DNA of 54,848 bases, filler included, from Asterionella formosa (taxonomy: Eukaryota), in the NCBI GenBank assembly GCA_002256025.1. It is 4 parts of 4 records of this genome, joined end to end, with 100 filler letters (N's around TTAATTAATTAA, not from the genome) between each part and the next. Parts side by side here need not be neighbours in the genome. Positions count along the whole stretch, not along the records: positions 1 to 13,630 come from NKIB01006524.1; positions 13,731 to 27,373 come from NKIB01006526.1; 2 more parts are not named here. One strand, written 5' to 3'. The position numbers and the translations under genes are program-made. This document shows positions 12,954 to 24,673 of the stretch, piece by piece. The stretch's first letter is position 1, and each line of letters opens with the position of its first letter. The notes beneath the pieces are model-generated. The model did no database searches, had not been told where the DNA came from, and saw nothing but the letters and a program-made list of their open reading frames with translations.

Positions 12954-13630
12954 ACTAAAGATTGATTCATGTTCATGACTAGACTCAAAAGATAATGACT
13001 AGGCTGATTTTGGAGATGCAAGCAAGATTTTTTTACTTCAAATCGGTACAGTGTGTACCAGCATTCTACATCTGAAGCAAATGTCCAATTAACGGTTAGA
13101 AGAGGACTTGATTCTTTATGACTTGATATATGTACTATTCTCATGACTTGATTCTTCATGAAGACTAGGGGAACCTTGACATTTGCATATTTTTCTGCTA
13201 TATATATACTGTCTATCTCTGTTTCGACTTATTTTAGACTACATCAAATCTTTTGACACCTGTTACTCGTATCTTACTAAAGATCGATTCATGTTCATGA
13301 CTAGACTCAAAAGATAATGACTAGGCTGATTTTGGAGATGCAAGCAAGATAATTTACTTCAATTCGGTACAGTGTGTACCAGCATTCTACATCTGAAGCA
13401 AATGTCCAATTAACGGTTAGAAGAGGACTTGATTCTTTATGACTTGATATATGTACTATTCTCATGACTTGATTCTTCATGAAGACTAGGGGAACCTTGA
13501 CATTCGCATATTTTTCTGCTATATATATACTGTCTATCTCTGTTTCGACTTATTTCAGACTACATCAAATCTTTTGACACCTGTTACTCGTATCTTACTA
13601 AAGATTGATTCATGTTCATGACTAGACTCA
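12954..13630. repeat. Near-identical tandem repeat, unit 321-322 bp, running into a contig end
   Basis: actaaagat.gattcatgttcatgactagactca at 12954, 13276 and 13597. Confidence 0.95.
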
Positions 13631-13730
13631 NNNNNNNNNNNNNNNNNNNNNNNNNNNNNNNNNNNNNNNNNNNNTTAATTAATTAANNNNNNNNNNNNNN
13701 NNNNNNNNNNNNNNNNNNNNNNNNNNNNNN
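13631..13730. other. Artificial contig spacer N44-TTAATTAATTAA-N44
   Basis: Six-frame stop linker embedded in Ns, 100 bp in total. Confidence 0.95.
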
Positions 13731-14122
13731 TGTTGATGAGGTTTTAATCCTATTGGATAATCCTACTACCTTGGATAACCATGGACGAGGTCCTTATTCT
13801 ATTTATTCAAGTATATGCCAATGGTACAGTTACTTTTCAACAAACTATGCATACTACGGAACGAATTAATATCCATTACATCAAACCTTTTCAAAGGTAT
13901 AAGGTTTTCCCTTGGTGTGGGAGAGTGAGCGATCTTGCGCATCAATACAGATGTATATAGGGTTAGTGTTATATCATATATGTATGAGAACTCAATAATG
14001 AGAGAACTCGACTAACCCTCATTGTATACTTTGGTGTCGACTTGGAGAACGAGTTACACACAAGGATTAACAAATAAGCTTATATATTCAACAAATACTA
14101 CTACTTCTAGTTAGATACTTCA
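13731..14122 (+). mobile_element. Gypsy 3' end: integrase C-terminus, PPT and 3' LTR (13926-14122)
   Basis: HGRGPYSI..QVYANGTVTFQ..ERINI..IKPF; purine-rich ggtgtgggagag immediately before TGAGCG...CTTCA; followed by CCAGG. Confidence 0.92.
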
Positions 14123-14232
14123 CCAGGTAGCTCATCATCATTCGTCACAGTACAAGGTAGTGCACGCTTACCAGTACGTTATTACCGTTAGTTTGCACAT
14201 TCAAACATTTTTCGGAGCCACCAGGTCGTGCA

Positions 14233-14501
14233 TGTGAGACATATTTGTTGATCTGAGTAGGTATACTATCAGTAGAGTAGCAATATAAAACATTCAGCAA
14301 TGAAGAATCTATCTATACATATTTGATGCATTTGAAATGGAATCAATCATATACATATGCGCAAATTTCCACTCATTTGAATATTTCAAACGGAATCATT
14401 GATATTCAAATTAGCACATAAAAGTTCTTAGTTCCAGGGAATTTTGTTAACCCTAAGCAATATTTTAATTTTTGCCTAGGGGTTCAAATGCAGGAACCTT
14501 A
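14233..14501 (+). repeat. Dispersed repeat family A (uninterrupted copy)
   Basis: Left part matches 21858-21945 and right part matches 23030-23183; ends aggaacc(ct)ttaa. Confidence 0.8.
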
Positions 14502-14604
14502 ACTCCGTGACATAAATAATAATATATTATAAACATGATTGTAGTTGCCAACAAATGTTTCTCCTAAAAAATATGTTCACCATATATTCATAATATGGTG
14601 CTCA
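14498..14604 (+). repeat. Dispersed repeat family C, copy 1 (copy 2 at ~16146-16256)
   Basis: ttaactc.g.gacataaataataatata...tttctcctaaaaaatatgttcaccatata...aatatggtgctca in both copies. Confidence 0.85.
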
Positions 14605-15339
14605 CTGACACTTTTTAGCCAAGTATAAAGGCAAAACTAGAAAGGACTACTATAGTACTACAGCAACAATCTTGAAAATCATCGTACATAAGCTAGGGAG
14701 ACTTCCGGGTCCCGACAGTTAAAAAAAGACCAAAACCCGCTCTCCCCATGACGAAAGCGGAGACAAAGCTGTAGAAACGAAGCAGCGGCAACAGGAAGAT
14801 CACAGCTGAGATACTCGAGAGGCAGCAGGGCTCAAAGGGGCAGAAGACGGTATCAAAGGAGGACAAGGAGGCATCTAATGCCGAATCAGTGGATAGAACT
14901 TCAAGCAAAAACAGCACAGGAGAAAATGGAAGAAACGATGGCGTCACTATAGCGCTAGAAACGACGACAGTACAATAGTTTATGGACACCATTTCAGATA
15001 CTCTGGAGAAAGCAGACACAGATACCAGAACAATTCAGTTCAAAATGGCTGATCAAAAGACGAAATTGACTCTGACCAGCGCAACAGCTAAGGCTGAAAC
15101 AACCGAGGCAACCTCAAGATGGAACCCATCAAAACGAAATACCAGATACTATCAACAACCAGGGGGGCACCAGATAGAACAGCAGTGACAGTGGCCAAAG
15201 GTAGTGATAGTAGTGTAGGGGAGACAGGACACACAAAGCTGCCTCATAAACAAGACAATGAAACTCGCCAAAAAGATAAAGAATTGGAAGCAGCTGCTGC
15301 AACCTACATCAAACAATCATATCAAGCAGAGTCTCGTCA

Positions 15340-15700
15340 CATGGACAACATGGAAATGCAGTTGGATTCAAGTATGAGACTCGAAGGAAACATAACTTTG
15401 TTGATGGTTATGAGAAGGCAGACACCTTAGCCTACTGTCGAATTTTCATTGCTGAATACTTCAAGCAACAGGTTAATGCTCCAATGTGGGTAAATTTTAC
15501 AGCAGAAAAATCTAAACTTCTAGAGTCACAAGGTTTAGTTGTCAAGAATACTGGATTTCATTACAGTGACCATGATGGAATCTCTATGGTAGAATATCAT
15601 GCAGACAACTTGATACCTCACCAGATCTTCCAATGGGAGGCAATTGTAGCGTGCAAAAGAAAAATGATGAGCAAACTGTTATGATTGTTGGACAGCATCT
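15340..15700 (+). pseudogene. Tc1/mariner-like (IS630 superfamily) transposase fragment
   Basis: Reads GFKYETRRKHNFVDGYEKADTLAYCRIFIAEY...MVEYHAD...GGNCSV...MIVGQ, matching the Y/FVDGHE...GQDE transposase type. Confidence 0.6.
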
Positions 15701-15705
15701 GCAAA

Positions 15706-16003
15706 TAAAAAGTATCATGCATGCATGATCAAGGGTATCATACACTAAGTGGCACAGGATTTTCATCTATATGATAATTTTTGGATCAAAACTATGATCA
15801 AGGTATCCTGTAACTATGATGATTTCTTAATATTTTACCAAACTTGAAGTATGATGATTTTATCATAGTTATGATACCATTGCATCATATAATTAGTTAA
15901 ACATGGGCCTATGATGTGTATACTTTTGTCATACATCTATCTTAACATGATCGTAAGTCTCATCGATATCACAGTCTAAAATAGGATGAAATGGATCGAA
16001 ATT
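15706..16003 (-). repeat. Partial inverted copy of repeat family D
   Basis: Reverse complement of parts of 45125-45527 and 28200-28570. Confidence 0.8.
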
Positions 16004-16909
16004 TAGAACTATATTTATGAATGGTTCTATGTTTCTATATCTTGAGTGGCTACAGAATGTTCTACAATGCTCTCATCGCAATGATTTTTGGTGCCGCTTT
16101 CACTTCCACCTTCCCCCCAACCCAATTCTGAATTTTTGTTTGTTGTTAACTCTGGGACATAAATAATAATATATATAATAAAACATGATCATAGTTGCCG
16201 ACAAATGTTTCTCCTAAAAAATATGTTCACCATATATATACATAATATGGTGCTCATAGATGTCGCGAAATCAGGTATTTTTTGGTTGACCGAAAACCGG
16301 AAACTGTTTGAATTTCATTACAATAGCTAAATCTTGTGTTATCAAAATGATAATGGCGAGCAGATTGCCGTTTTCTTCCTAGATAATAGTACCAGTAGGT
16401 CTATGGTGGTGCAATGTGGTGCAGCAACAATATGATGTCAGCAAGGAGTGCCTTAGTTAAAAATTCACTACCAGTAGTAACCTATATATATGATACAAAA
16501 TGCTTGCAATACTTTATTAGTACTGGTATGCCCCATTACATGTATGTACCAGGTAGCCTACGGCCGTTGGCTACTACAAATACATATCTTATATGAATCT
16601 GATCGTGATCCTATGTAGAAAATATCACTACGTCAGTGCAGGCCGTAGCACGGATTTTACATATGGATAGTCTGATGGTGCAATTTTGGTTTCTCTAAGT
16701 AATAGTGGTGCAATCGGTGGTGCAATTGTGGTGCAAATGCCAATTGTCAGTTGAATTTACGAATGTTTGGGAAAAGTCCCGGTAATTCATTATCCCCTTT
16801 TTCGGATAGTATGCTCAATCATATCATTGCTTAGAGCGTGAGCTCTTGTAATGGCTCGTAGACAACTTCAGTTGAAACACATAGAGATTCCTGATTCCAG
16901 GTTAGGTTA

Positions 16910-18680
16910 TGAGAGTGTCAATATATTTTTCGTCTCTAGTGATCTGATTAAGAACATGTACCACAATCCACTAGATGATTGATTCAAGAACACATGGTTA
17001 AATATCGGGTGTAAAATGCCACAGTTGAGAGACGAACTTTCAGGAGAAGTTCTCTCTAACCTATTAATTGGACTCTAGAAGACGATCAGACCTAGAGGCC
17101 AAATCAATAAATGATTGACTAGACAATTACAGATATGTCCGCAACATCAAGGAACATTGAAGAAGCAAACTAGATATGATCTAGTTATGATAAACAGCAG
17201 GATCATTCTGTAAGCAGTCTCTGATCAAACAGCATCTGGCCTAAGTTGAGACAGGCCAAGATTAAGACAAATGTGTATTTAGGAAGAGGATGTAGTATAT
17301 TCTCAGTTCAAGTTGGGAACACAAATGAATCTCGCCTCCGAAGATCACCTCTATTTTGAAACATGCATGAGCTTGGAAGCTTCAAAATTATACATTCAAA
17401 TTTACATTTACATTAAGCTCACTCTTTTATAAAAACAACTATTAGCAAACAAAGTAAAACAAACAAATTGTGCAGAAACATTTTTCTAGCAAGTTTTACA
17501 GTGTGAGAGCAACAGATACGTAGCATCTACCAACTGGTTGTGAGCCCAACACGCTCGTTGCTAAATTGTTCTTACACAACAAGGTTCGTTACATGACAAG
17601 GTTGTGAGAGTCAGGCAAGAGATCGCGTTCGACTTGTAGCCCCGTACATAGTCACGCGAGATAGCAAGTACTGCATCAGCGCCTCTGCTATACAAGGTAA
17701 CAACACAGACGTATTCTTCGTGAAGTGTGTTGTTCTAAGTTTCTTGAGGGTGCTCGTCGAAGACAACAGCTTGAACTATGAACTTCACCAAGCGACAACT
17801 CACCACGATCATACTTAACGACGATGACGCCAGCAACGAAGTTTGGACACGTCACGCCCGAGGGGTTACAATACTCTGGTGGTGCACTCACCAGACATTT
17901 CAAGACTGAAATGTCTCCAATTTTCTCGCCCTACCAGTTACGTACGGGAGATACCAGAGAGGTTCGCGGACTATTCGAGTACTGCACCAAAGACCGCAAG
18001 AAGCTCCACAAGGGTCCTACTGGCGATCCAGTAGTGAACTTCACCCTCTATGAGCTGGAGCATGCAATCCGCAAGGAAGCCGCTCTCGTAGGCGTTGATA
18101 CGTTTTTGTATACACCTGATTCTGAAGGTGTCATCTGGGATATGTCTACGAATCATTCTCGCATCAAATACAAACTGGACAAGATGTACGTGGATACCTG
18201 CCTAGGTCCGGTACCAGAGCCAGTGTACCAGGTCAACGACCCTACAGCCGAAACTGAGGCATCTGTACTAGCCAGGGCCATGGTCTGGGATGACCAAGCT
18301 AGGGAAGACTCTACGCACCTATGGAGGTTGATTGAGTCTCATGTAGATCCTAAGCTACTTAGTTGCTTATATGAATGCCTTGACTACTATGGTGATAGGG
18401 GTCCTTGACTCCTTCTATGGGTAGCTTTGATGGATGAGGTTACCTCAAACTATCCTGGTGAGAACGTACGTTTGTTAGTCAATGATGTACAAACTACATA
18501 TAACTTGCTAAAACATAGTAGTAATGCAGTCCCTGCTACTGTGTCCAGCATGGTTATTGCTAAATTTCTATGCTGCAGTGTTGAGGAGTTTCGCACTTCT
18601 TTCTATTCCAAGTCTGTTGATATTGATGATGAGGAGAGGTACTTGCTTGGGAAAGACATCATGATGATTCTGGCATTCCA
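16910..18680 (+). mobile_element. Ty1/Copia 5' part: probable LTR, PBS and gag, 3'-truncated
   Basis: PBS-like tggttgtgagccca at 17535-17548 resembles the copia-type GGTTATGGGCCCA; gag-like ORFs 17824-18408 and 18427-18680 (YSGG, RGP.LLW, YPGENV); LTR start uncertain. Confidence 0.6.
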
Positions 18681-19022
18681 GTATTATTTGATAGTGGAGG
18701 ATCCTTATCCTTTATACATGAACAGGTTATGCCTCAAGGTATTTCTTTGTCTAATGAGACTTCACAATTAATACATACCATAGCTGGTACTTATTCATCT
18801 CATGCCAGTGTTATTTTATGTGACCTGATTCTACCTGAATTTAATCGATCTGCTCGTGTTTTACAACAAAGTGTCAAGTTTTTAATGGTCTTTGCACATT
18901 TGATGCTATTTTAGGACGTGATTTCCTTCGTCAAGTTGGTTTAACCATTGATTTCGTAAATAACACCATGTCCTGTATGTATATAACTGTTCCTAGTATG
19001 CATTCTCTCACATTCTTTGAGG
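18681..19022 (+). mobile_element. Gypsy protease fragment, paralog of 11321-11662
   Basis: Collinear nucleotide match; intact VLFDSGG catalytic motif and FDAILGRDFL. Confidence 0.85.
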
Positions 19023-20209
19023 ATGGCCAATGAATGAATTTCAAGCCCAAAATATTGTGGATACATGTTTCGCAGCTGCATCATATGCAGCTCGAACTAC
19101 TTTTTATAGTCTTCGGCCCAATATCATCCCCCACCAAAGACTCAAGCCTCGGGAGGCGAGAGATAGAATCTGTAATATTTGACATTATCAGTACCCTTCA
19201 CATCGTGAAAAATAAGAAGAAGATATTCTTCAATATAAAGCCTCCACTGGCGGAGAAGACATTGAGTGTCTGTGTAGGGTATTATAAAGAAAAGACGATG
19301 CTGATTGTGAAGATGTAGAACAGCATTCAATGACATAGAGCGAAATTCTTTCAAAGTTTCTTAATTGACAATCAGAAACATCAGTAAAAATATGGAAAAT
19401 AAAATTATGATCAGGATAACGCATGAGTGTATCTGCAACTAGCTAACAATGCCTTCATTGATTCAAAAGCTTGTTGATGTATGCATAGGTAACCAGACAA
19501 ATGGACCAGTTCCATTTAAATCCTTTTTTTATTTTGAAGACCAAAATTTGAGGTCGGTTGGATTTTATCGATATCCCAATGAGTCAGTTTTTTCAACAGA
19601 CCATTTCATTTTGGATTTGTGCTTGATGACTTGTGGTTAAATAAATTTATTTCAGCCATTACAACGCGCAGCTTTCCGTATCTGTATAGTTTGCAGCTTT
19701 AATGTTCCATGTGTAGTAAACATAATCCTTGATAGGTGTATCAAAATATCACAACCCATTATGTAAATGTTCTGTATCATTATAGGAATCAATGACATGC
19801 AGAAAAACACTGATATATCCACCACACAGGACATGGTATTTTTTACAAAATCCATCATAAATTTACCAGCTGGATTAATGAACAAACTCGCAGAATGTAC
19901 TATGACCAGGTACTTCTGTTACAGCAGGATACTACAAGCTAACGGATTAAATTGTTTTGAGCATCATGCATGTTTGTTGAAAGAGTACTGGTAAAGGAAG
20001 AAAAGATGGGATCATACCTGCTATGCATGGTATATATTAATTATTAATGTTCGATGGGCAACGAAATGTTCTGAAGTACAATCCATTCATAAGTTAAAGA
20101 TCAGGACCCACCGCAATCAAATAACATTCATCTTATGTCATGTATGTACAAAGCAGCCAACAATCCTTGGGTTACTATTGAAATATGAATGAAATGAAAT
20201 GAAACTTAT

Positions 20210-20790
20210 GCATTCTTCGGCAAAGAAAGAATGAGACCGGAATCAGGCCTTGAGATGTGCATATGGAATGATTTATTGAATCTACCTTTGTATTTTAAAA
20301 TATCCCGCGTTACAATAGCAGTGATATCCAACCTGTAATTATCCTGTAAATAACAAATGTTATCCAGGTATTGATTGACATAAGACATAGTCAATGTGCT
20401 GTTGCTCATATATATATATATTATATATATATATATATATTATTATTATTATTAATATCATAGTATTGTTGCTATTGTCGCACATACTTCAGTTAAGGCG
20501 GTCTATTCAGCATTCTGCTGGTTTTTATTAGACACATAGGCCACTTGCTGACCAACAGGAGGGTTCATGACCACTTAAATTTCCTGGGCAGATTCATAAA
20601 AGTCGGCAAGTATGGCCCTCGGCACATACCCTAACCAGACATCATCATAGGGTTAACCCATGGATTTACTTATATAAAACGTGCACGGAAGAAAAACATG
20701 AGTAGGGTTAGCTGTGTCATTATGATAATTCGCTCCGTGTAGAATTTCCATGCCAGAGGAACAGGAACAGGGTTAGTAGTGTTAGCAATG
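20210..20790 (-). mobile_element. Gypsy gag-end / pol-start fragment with an internal (TA)n/(ATT)n microsatellite
   Basis: Reverse complement aligns with 1-256 and 10790-11230. Confidence 0.8.
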
Positions 20791-21945
20791 TTAACTCAAC
20801 GGGCCTTATGTTTGACCGTTATTTTGCATCCCATGGATAGCCAGCTGCATTCAAATGCATGTGCCCTGCCATTGCCACTTAGTATAAAATTATCATGTAC
20901 AAATTTAAGCTTGAAATGGTTATTTTCTTGATGCATCACGCGACTGCATTCAGCAATGCAAAGACAATCTTTTGTTAAAATTGACACTAGCCACGCTTGT
21001 TTTCTTGATGCATCACTGGATCGTCTTCAACTTCAACTATGTATATACGATTCTGTGTTAGAAAATTGACACCAGGCACGCGCGTTCCTCGACATAACAC
21101 GATTGCCTTCAGCAATGCGAAGTCGATTTCGGCTTATGGTAGAACTCATGCTTGAGGATGTGCTTGAGTTGATCTTTGAATGATTGTTGACTCTCGAAGT
21201 AAGTCAAAACCAAGCAAGCAAATCAATTATTTTGTGTTCTTTTCATTGTTCCATTCAAACACTTGTTGCCACGCATTGTCAATAAAGCAAAATGACAATC
21301 AACCTCAAATCTTCCTTGGCGGAGACCTCTTGATCTTCTGGATGAGGTATCATGAGTTTCAGGAATTTCTTAAAGGTCTTCTTGAGACAGGCAGCGAAGT
21401 CGATTATAAACATGTTGAAATGTTTTATTGAGTATTATCATGGCATCCACTGATGCTGACTCTCAGAGATATCATGCAGAAGGTTATCTTCTAGCCACAT
21501 CACCGTGACTTTGTTGTTGAGACTGCTATGAGACTGATCATCTGGGTGTATTGCAACGCTCATGATCCAGTCAAACAAGATGATATCTGTGAGTCATCTT
21601 TTGTAGCAGTAGGTGAACAAGCAAGGAATCTGCTGGACTGAAGGTAGTATATGTGTTAGCATTATCACAGGATTTACAGAAATCAATCAACAAGCTTCCA
21701 CTAATTGTTCACTGATCATATCTTCGTTGAAAGACACCAAACATCGACCTGGAAGGGATACACAAAGAATCCAGGGTACCGATAATGTTCGAGTACCAGT
21801 ACCGGTACATTCCTAGAATGCACTTACAAATACTTTCCGAGATGCTGGGTTCTACATGTGACACATATTTGTTGATCTGAGCATACCGGTACTAGTACCA
21901 GTAGAGTTGGTATATATACATACACACAGCGATGTTGAATCTATA

Positions 21946-22828
21946 TAACCCTAGTTCGGAGAAAATATCGCTTGCTAGGGTTGTAAAAACGGCGTGGAAC
22001 CGGGAGTTTCCTACTATGAATTCCCATGATTTGGAATCGGGGCCAGATTGATAGAGTTCCATTAAAAAAAACAAAAATGATATTTAAATCTTTATAATTT
22101 TTTCTACGTTGCTGTATGCAGACATAATTTTGCTCAATGCCAAAACACATATATAAATTAGGATTATACCAACATGTATGCTCATGGCTTAGTATTGAAT
22201 CTACGCTGCTGTATGTAGCTTCAATACCACTCCACGCACAAAGGTATATACCGGTATGTAAATCAGTACCGGAGTCCCAGAGTAACGGTATTTCGGTACT
22301 CGGAGTACCAGGTTGTACATAATCTTGGTTCATCATGATGGAAGACAAGATGAAACTACCGGTACTGATTTTCCCAACCAGTATTCAGTACATCTAATAC
22401 GTGTGGTTCAAGTGTGGCTGGCGAGATTTTACAAGACCGGGATACTTCAGCGAATCTGAAGCAGGTGAATAAATTCAATTCAACCATTTAGAATGTGTGT
22501 AGTGACGCAAGAGCTTACCCTGGAGAATTATTCAGCGAAACATACCTAAGCAAGACTCTAAGTAGACGAGAACGTTTTTGCACATACAAATTCTGATTCC
22601 AATTTTTTGGTGACTGTTGGATTGCTCTACATCAAGGGGGTTTCATGTAGAATGAAATAGATAGCCGTGTACCCTATAATGTCAGGATTTAACTTCTGCA
22701 GAGAAGTGGCAGTTATCCCTCGTAGATTTTTTTAAAAGCTTGATGGCCCCCCCCTTTCTTGACTATTTTTTGGATAGTTACGATTCCAAGAGGGATAACT
22801 GCCACATCTCTCCAGAAATGAGGTCCTT
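21946..22828 (+). mobile_element. Non-autonomous element family B, copy 1
   Basis: Collinear with 35753-36652 from taaccctag to gaggtcctt; 5' inverted repeat aaccctag/ctagggtt; 3' inverted repeat 22691-22720 / 22791-22819. Confidence 0.8.
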
Positions 22829-23029
22829 CCCATATCTTGATATAGATCATACCCCTAAGTCGAGGAATGACTGTATGTTAGCACATGCAAAGTGGTCGTA
22901 TTGGTGAAAGCTAATTTTACCTTTAACTATTTTTTGAGTTGTACAAGATGTGTGGATTGAAGTACATAATGAAATGATTTTGGAAAATAACAGACCTCGT
23001 GATGTGTAACTGCGGGCATCTATGTACGC

Positions 23030-23183
23030 ACACCCAAATTTCCACCTATTTAAATATTTCAAACGGAATCATCGATATTCAAAATTAGCGCATAAAAGTT
23101 CTTAGTTCCATGGAATTTCGGCAACCCTACCGTAAACAATATTTTAATTTTTGCCTAGGGGTTCAAATGCAGGAACCCTTTAA
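23030..23183 (+). repeat. Repeat family A, right part
   Basis: Matches 14360-14501. Confidence 0.8.
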
Positions 23184-23269
23184 GAGGTTTACGGTATTTC
23201 AATACATTTTCTTTTAACATAGTTCACATATTTTGTCAGTTGGCTGATCCTTGATGTAACGCACGCACC

Positions 23270-24673
23270 ATGGCGGCATTTTCTTTCTTCCCGTCCCTCG
23301 ATAGCAGCTCATCGTTCTCTGTTCTCAATTACGAAGAGCCTGAAGACGATGCCCTTTCTTCACCACCGAAGCATCAGCAACAGCAATGCGTAATTGCAAG
23401 AAGCGATTCAAGTTGGAACAAGTCGCATCAGCAAACTTGTCAATTTCTGAATTCTCTTATGGCGACTCCGAAGCAAGTCTTGGAGCAACAGAGCCACAAC
23501 AGCAGCAGCGTCCACGAAAGACCAACTGTGGAAGAAGTTGAAGTATGGGGAGATGATCACGCCATGCAAGCCGCATCAAAGCGGCTAATGGAACAGATAG
23601 AAGAGACAAGCAGCAACAAGAATCGTTCCGTACCAACGACAACTGTTTCTTGGTTGTACCGAACACTGATGCGGAAGGCCGCAATTACAATAGCAACGAC
23701 AGAAAGTGAAGATGATCAAGATTGGCTACAACAAGACGATGAATACAATGCAGAGGTGAGACGTTCGGCTTTGGTAGAATGGCATGTCCAAGTACTTTGT
23801 ATGCAGCTGACTGTCGAGGCTTGTCGGGAAATCATTCGTGGAATAAGCGCTCCCAGATCATTTTACAGAGAAGGAGAACATGAAGACACCTGCTTTTTTG
23901 GATGGTGCCGACGAGACTCGAACCTTATTGCTTCCAAATTGCCGATGGAACAACTGGTCTTTTTAGCACAAGTCTTGGAACTATCGAAGCTTGCGACCGT
24001 CAAGGACGAATACATTGTCTTGCACAAAAAGCAACCCTTTGACAATCAAATCGAAACATGCCTCGCTTCCTTTCAAATAAAACAAGCCATTTCTGCAATC
24101 GAAACTAATTTAATCAATTGGACGGCAAATATTCAGAGGTGTGAACAAAACGCTCTAGCTATGAAGCGTGCCAACAAACCTACTGCACAGTTATTGAGTG
24201 AATGGAAAAAGAAGAAGCTGATGGAGCAGCAAGTGGAATCAGCTCACTCGTCGCTATTGAATCTAGAACTCCTACAAGCTGCACTAGAGTCAGCCAAAAA
24301 TCAAATGGAGATAATCAAGGTTTTGCAAGTCAGTAGGGAAACATGGACCAGCATCAATGTTGTGACACTTGAGGAGGTGGACAACGTGGTATCAGACCTG
24401 AAAGATGAATTTGATCTTTCAACTCAATTGAATGCAACCTTGGATATCACCACAAGTACAATTGTTTACAACGAGGAGGACTTATTGGAGGAATTGGAGG
24501 GTTTGACTATATCAGAAAGTGTCCAAATAGTTCAAAGCCAAGTCATCAATTCTACAGGATTTTCCAAGGTGAAGCCAAAAATGGCCAAAAAAATGCATCA
24601 AACAAAGGCACAAATGGAAGAGCTGAGCTCTTTGCCAAAAACAGCCATTGCAAAACCAATTCCAATGATGTAA
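23270..24673 (+). CDS. Snf7-domain ESCRT-III protein with long N-terminal extension, CHMP7-like
   Basis: Intact 467-aa ORF; C-terminal KKKKLMEQQ..SLLNLELLQAALESAKNQMEII..LEEVDNVV..EEDLLEELEGL is the Snf7 helical pattern; length and N-terminal extension fit CHMP7/Chm7. Confidence 0.75.
   Translation: MAAFSFFPSLDSSSSFSVLNYEEPEDDALSSPPKHQQQQCVIARSDSSWNKSHQQTCQFLNSLMATPKQVLEQQSHNSSSVHERPTVEEVEVWGDDHAMQAASKRLMEQIEETSSNKNRSVPTTTVSWLYRTLMRKAAITIATTESEDDQDWLQQDDEYNAEVRRSALVEWHVQVLCMQLTVEACREIIRGISAPRSFYREGEHEDTCFFGWCRRDSNLIASKLPMEQLVFLAQVLELSKLATVKDEYIVLHKKQPFDNQIETCLASFQIKQAISAIETNLINWTANIQRCEQNALAMKRANKPTAQLLSEWKKKKLMEQQVESAHSSLLNLELLQAALESAKNQMEIIKVLQVSRETWTSINVVTLEEVDNVVSDLKDEFDLSTQLNATLDITTSTIVYNEEDLLEELEGLTISESVQIVQSQVINSTGFSKVKPKMAKKMHQTKAQMEELSSLPKTAIAKPIPMM

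Noticed and set aside
13675..13686. Conserved TTAATTAATTAA motif (also 27418-27429 and 41159-41170)
   Set aside because: Centred in fixed-length N runs; synthetic six-frame stop linker.
9539..14127. One full-length Gypsy element with LTRs at 9544 and 13926 and TSD CCAGG
   Set aside because: The two LTRs differ clearly, including their 5' ends; the 13926 copy is much closer to those at 48636 and 50904; unrelated DNA and a contig spacer intervene. Matching flanks are better explained by target preference.
19450..20200. Degenerate coding-like regions (also 24850-25250, 46300-47400, 14620-15300)
   Set aside because: Probably TE debris, but I could not recognise any diagnostic motif.
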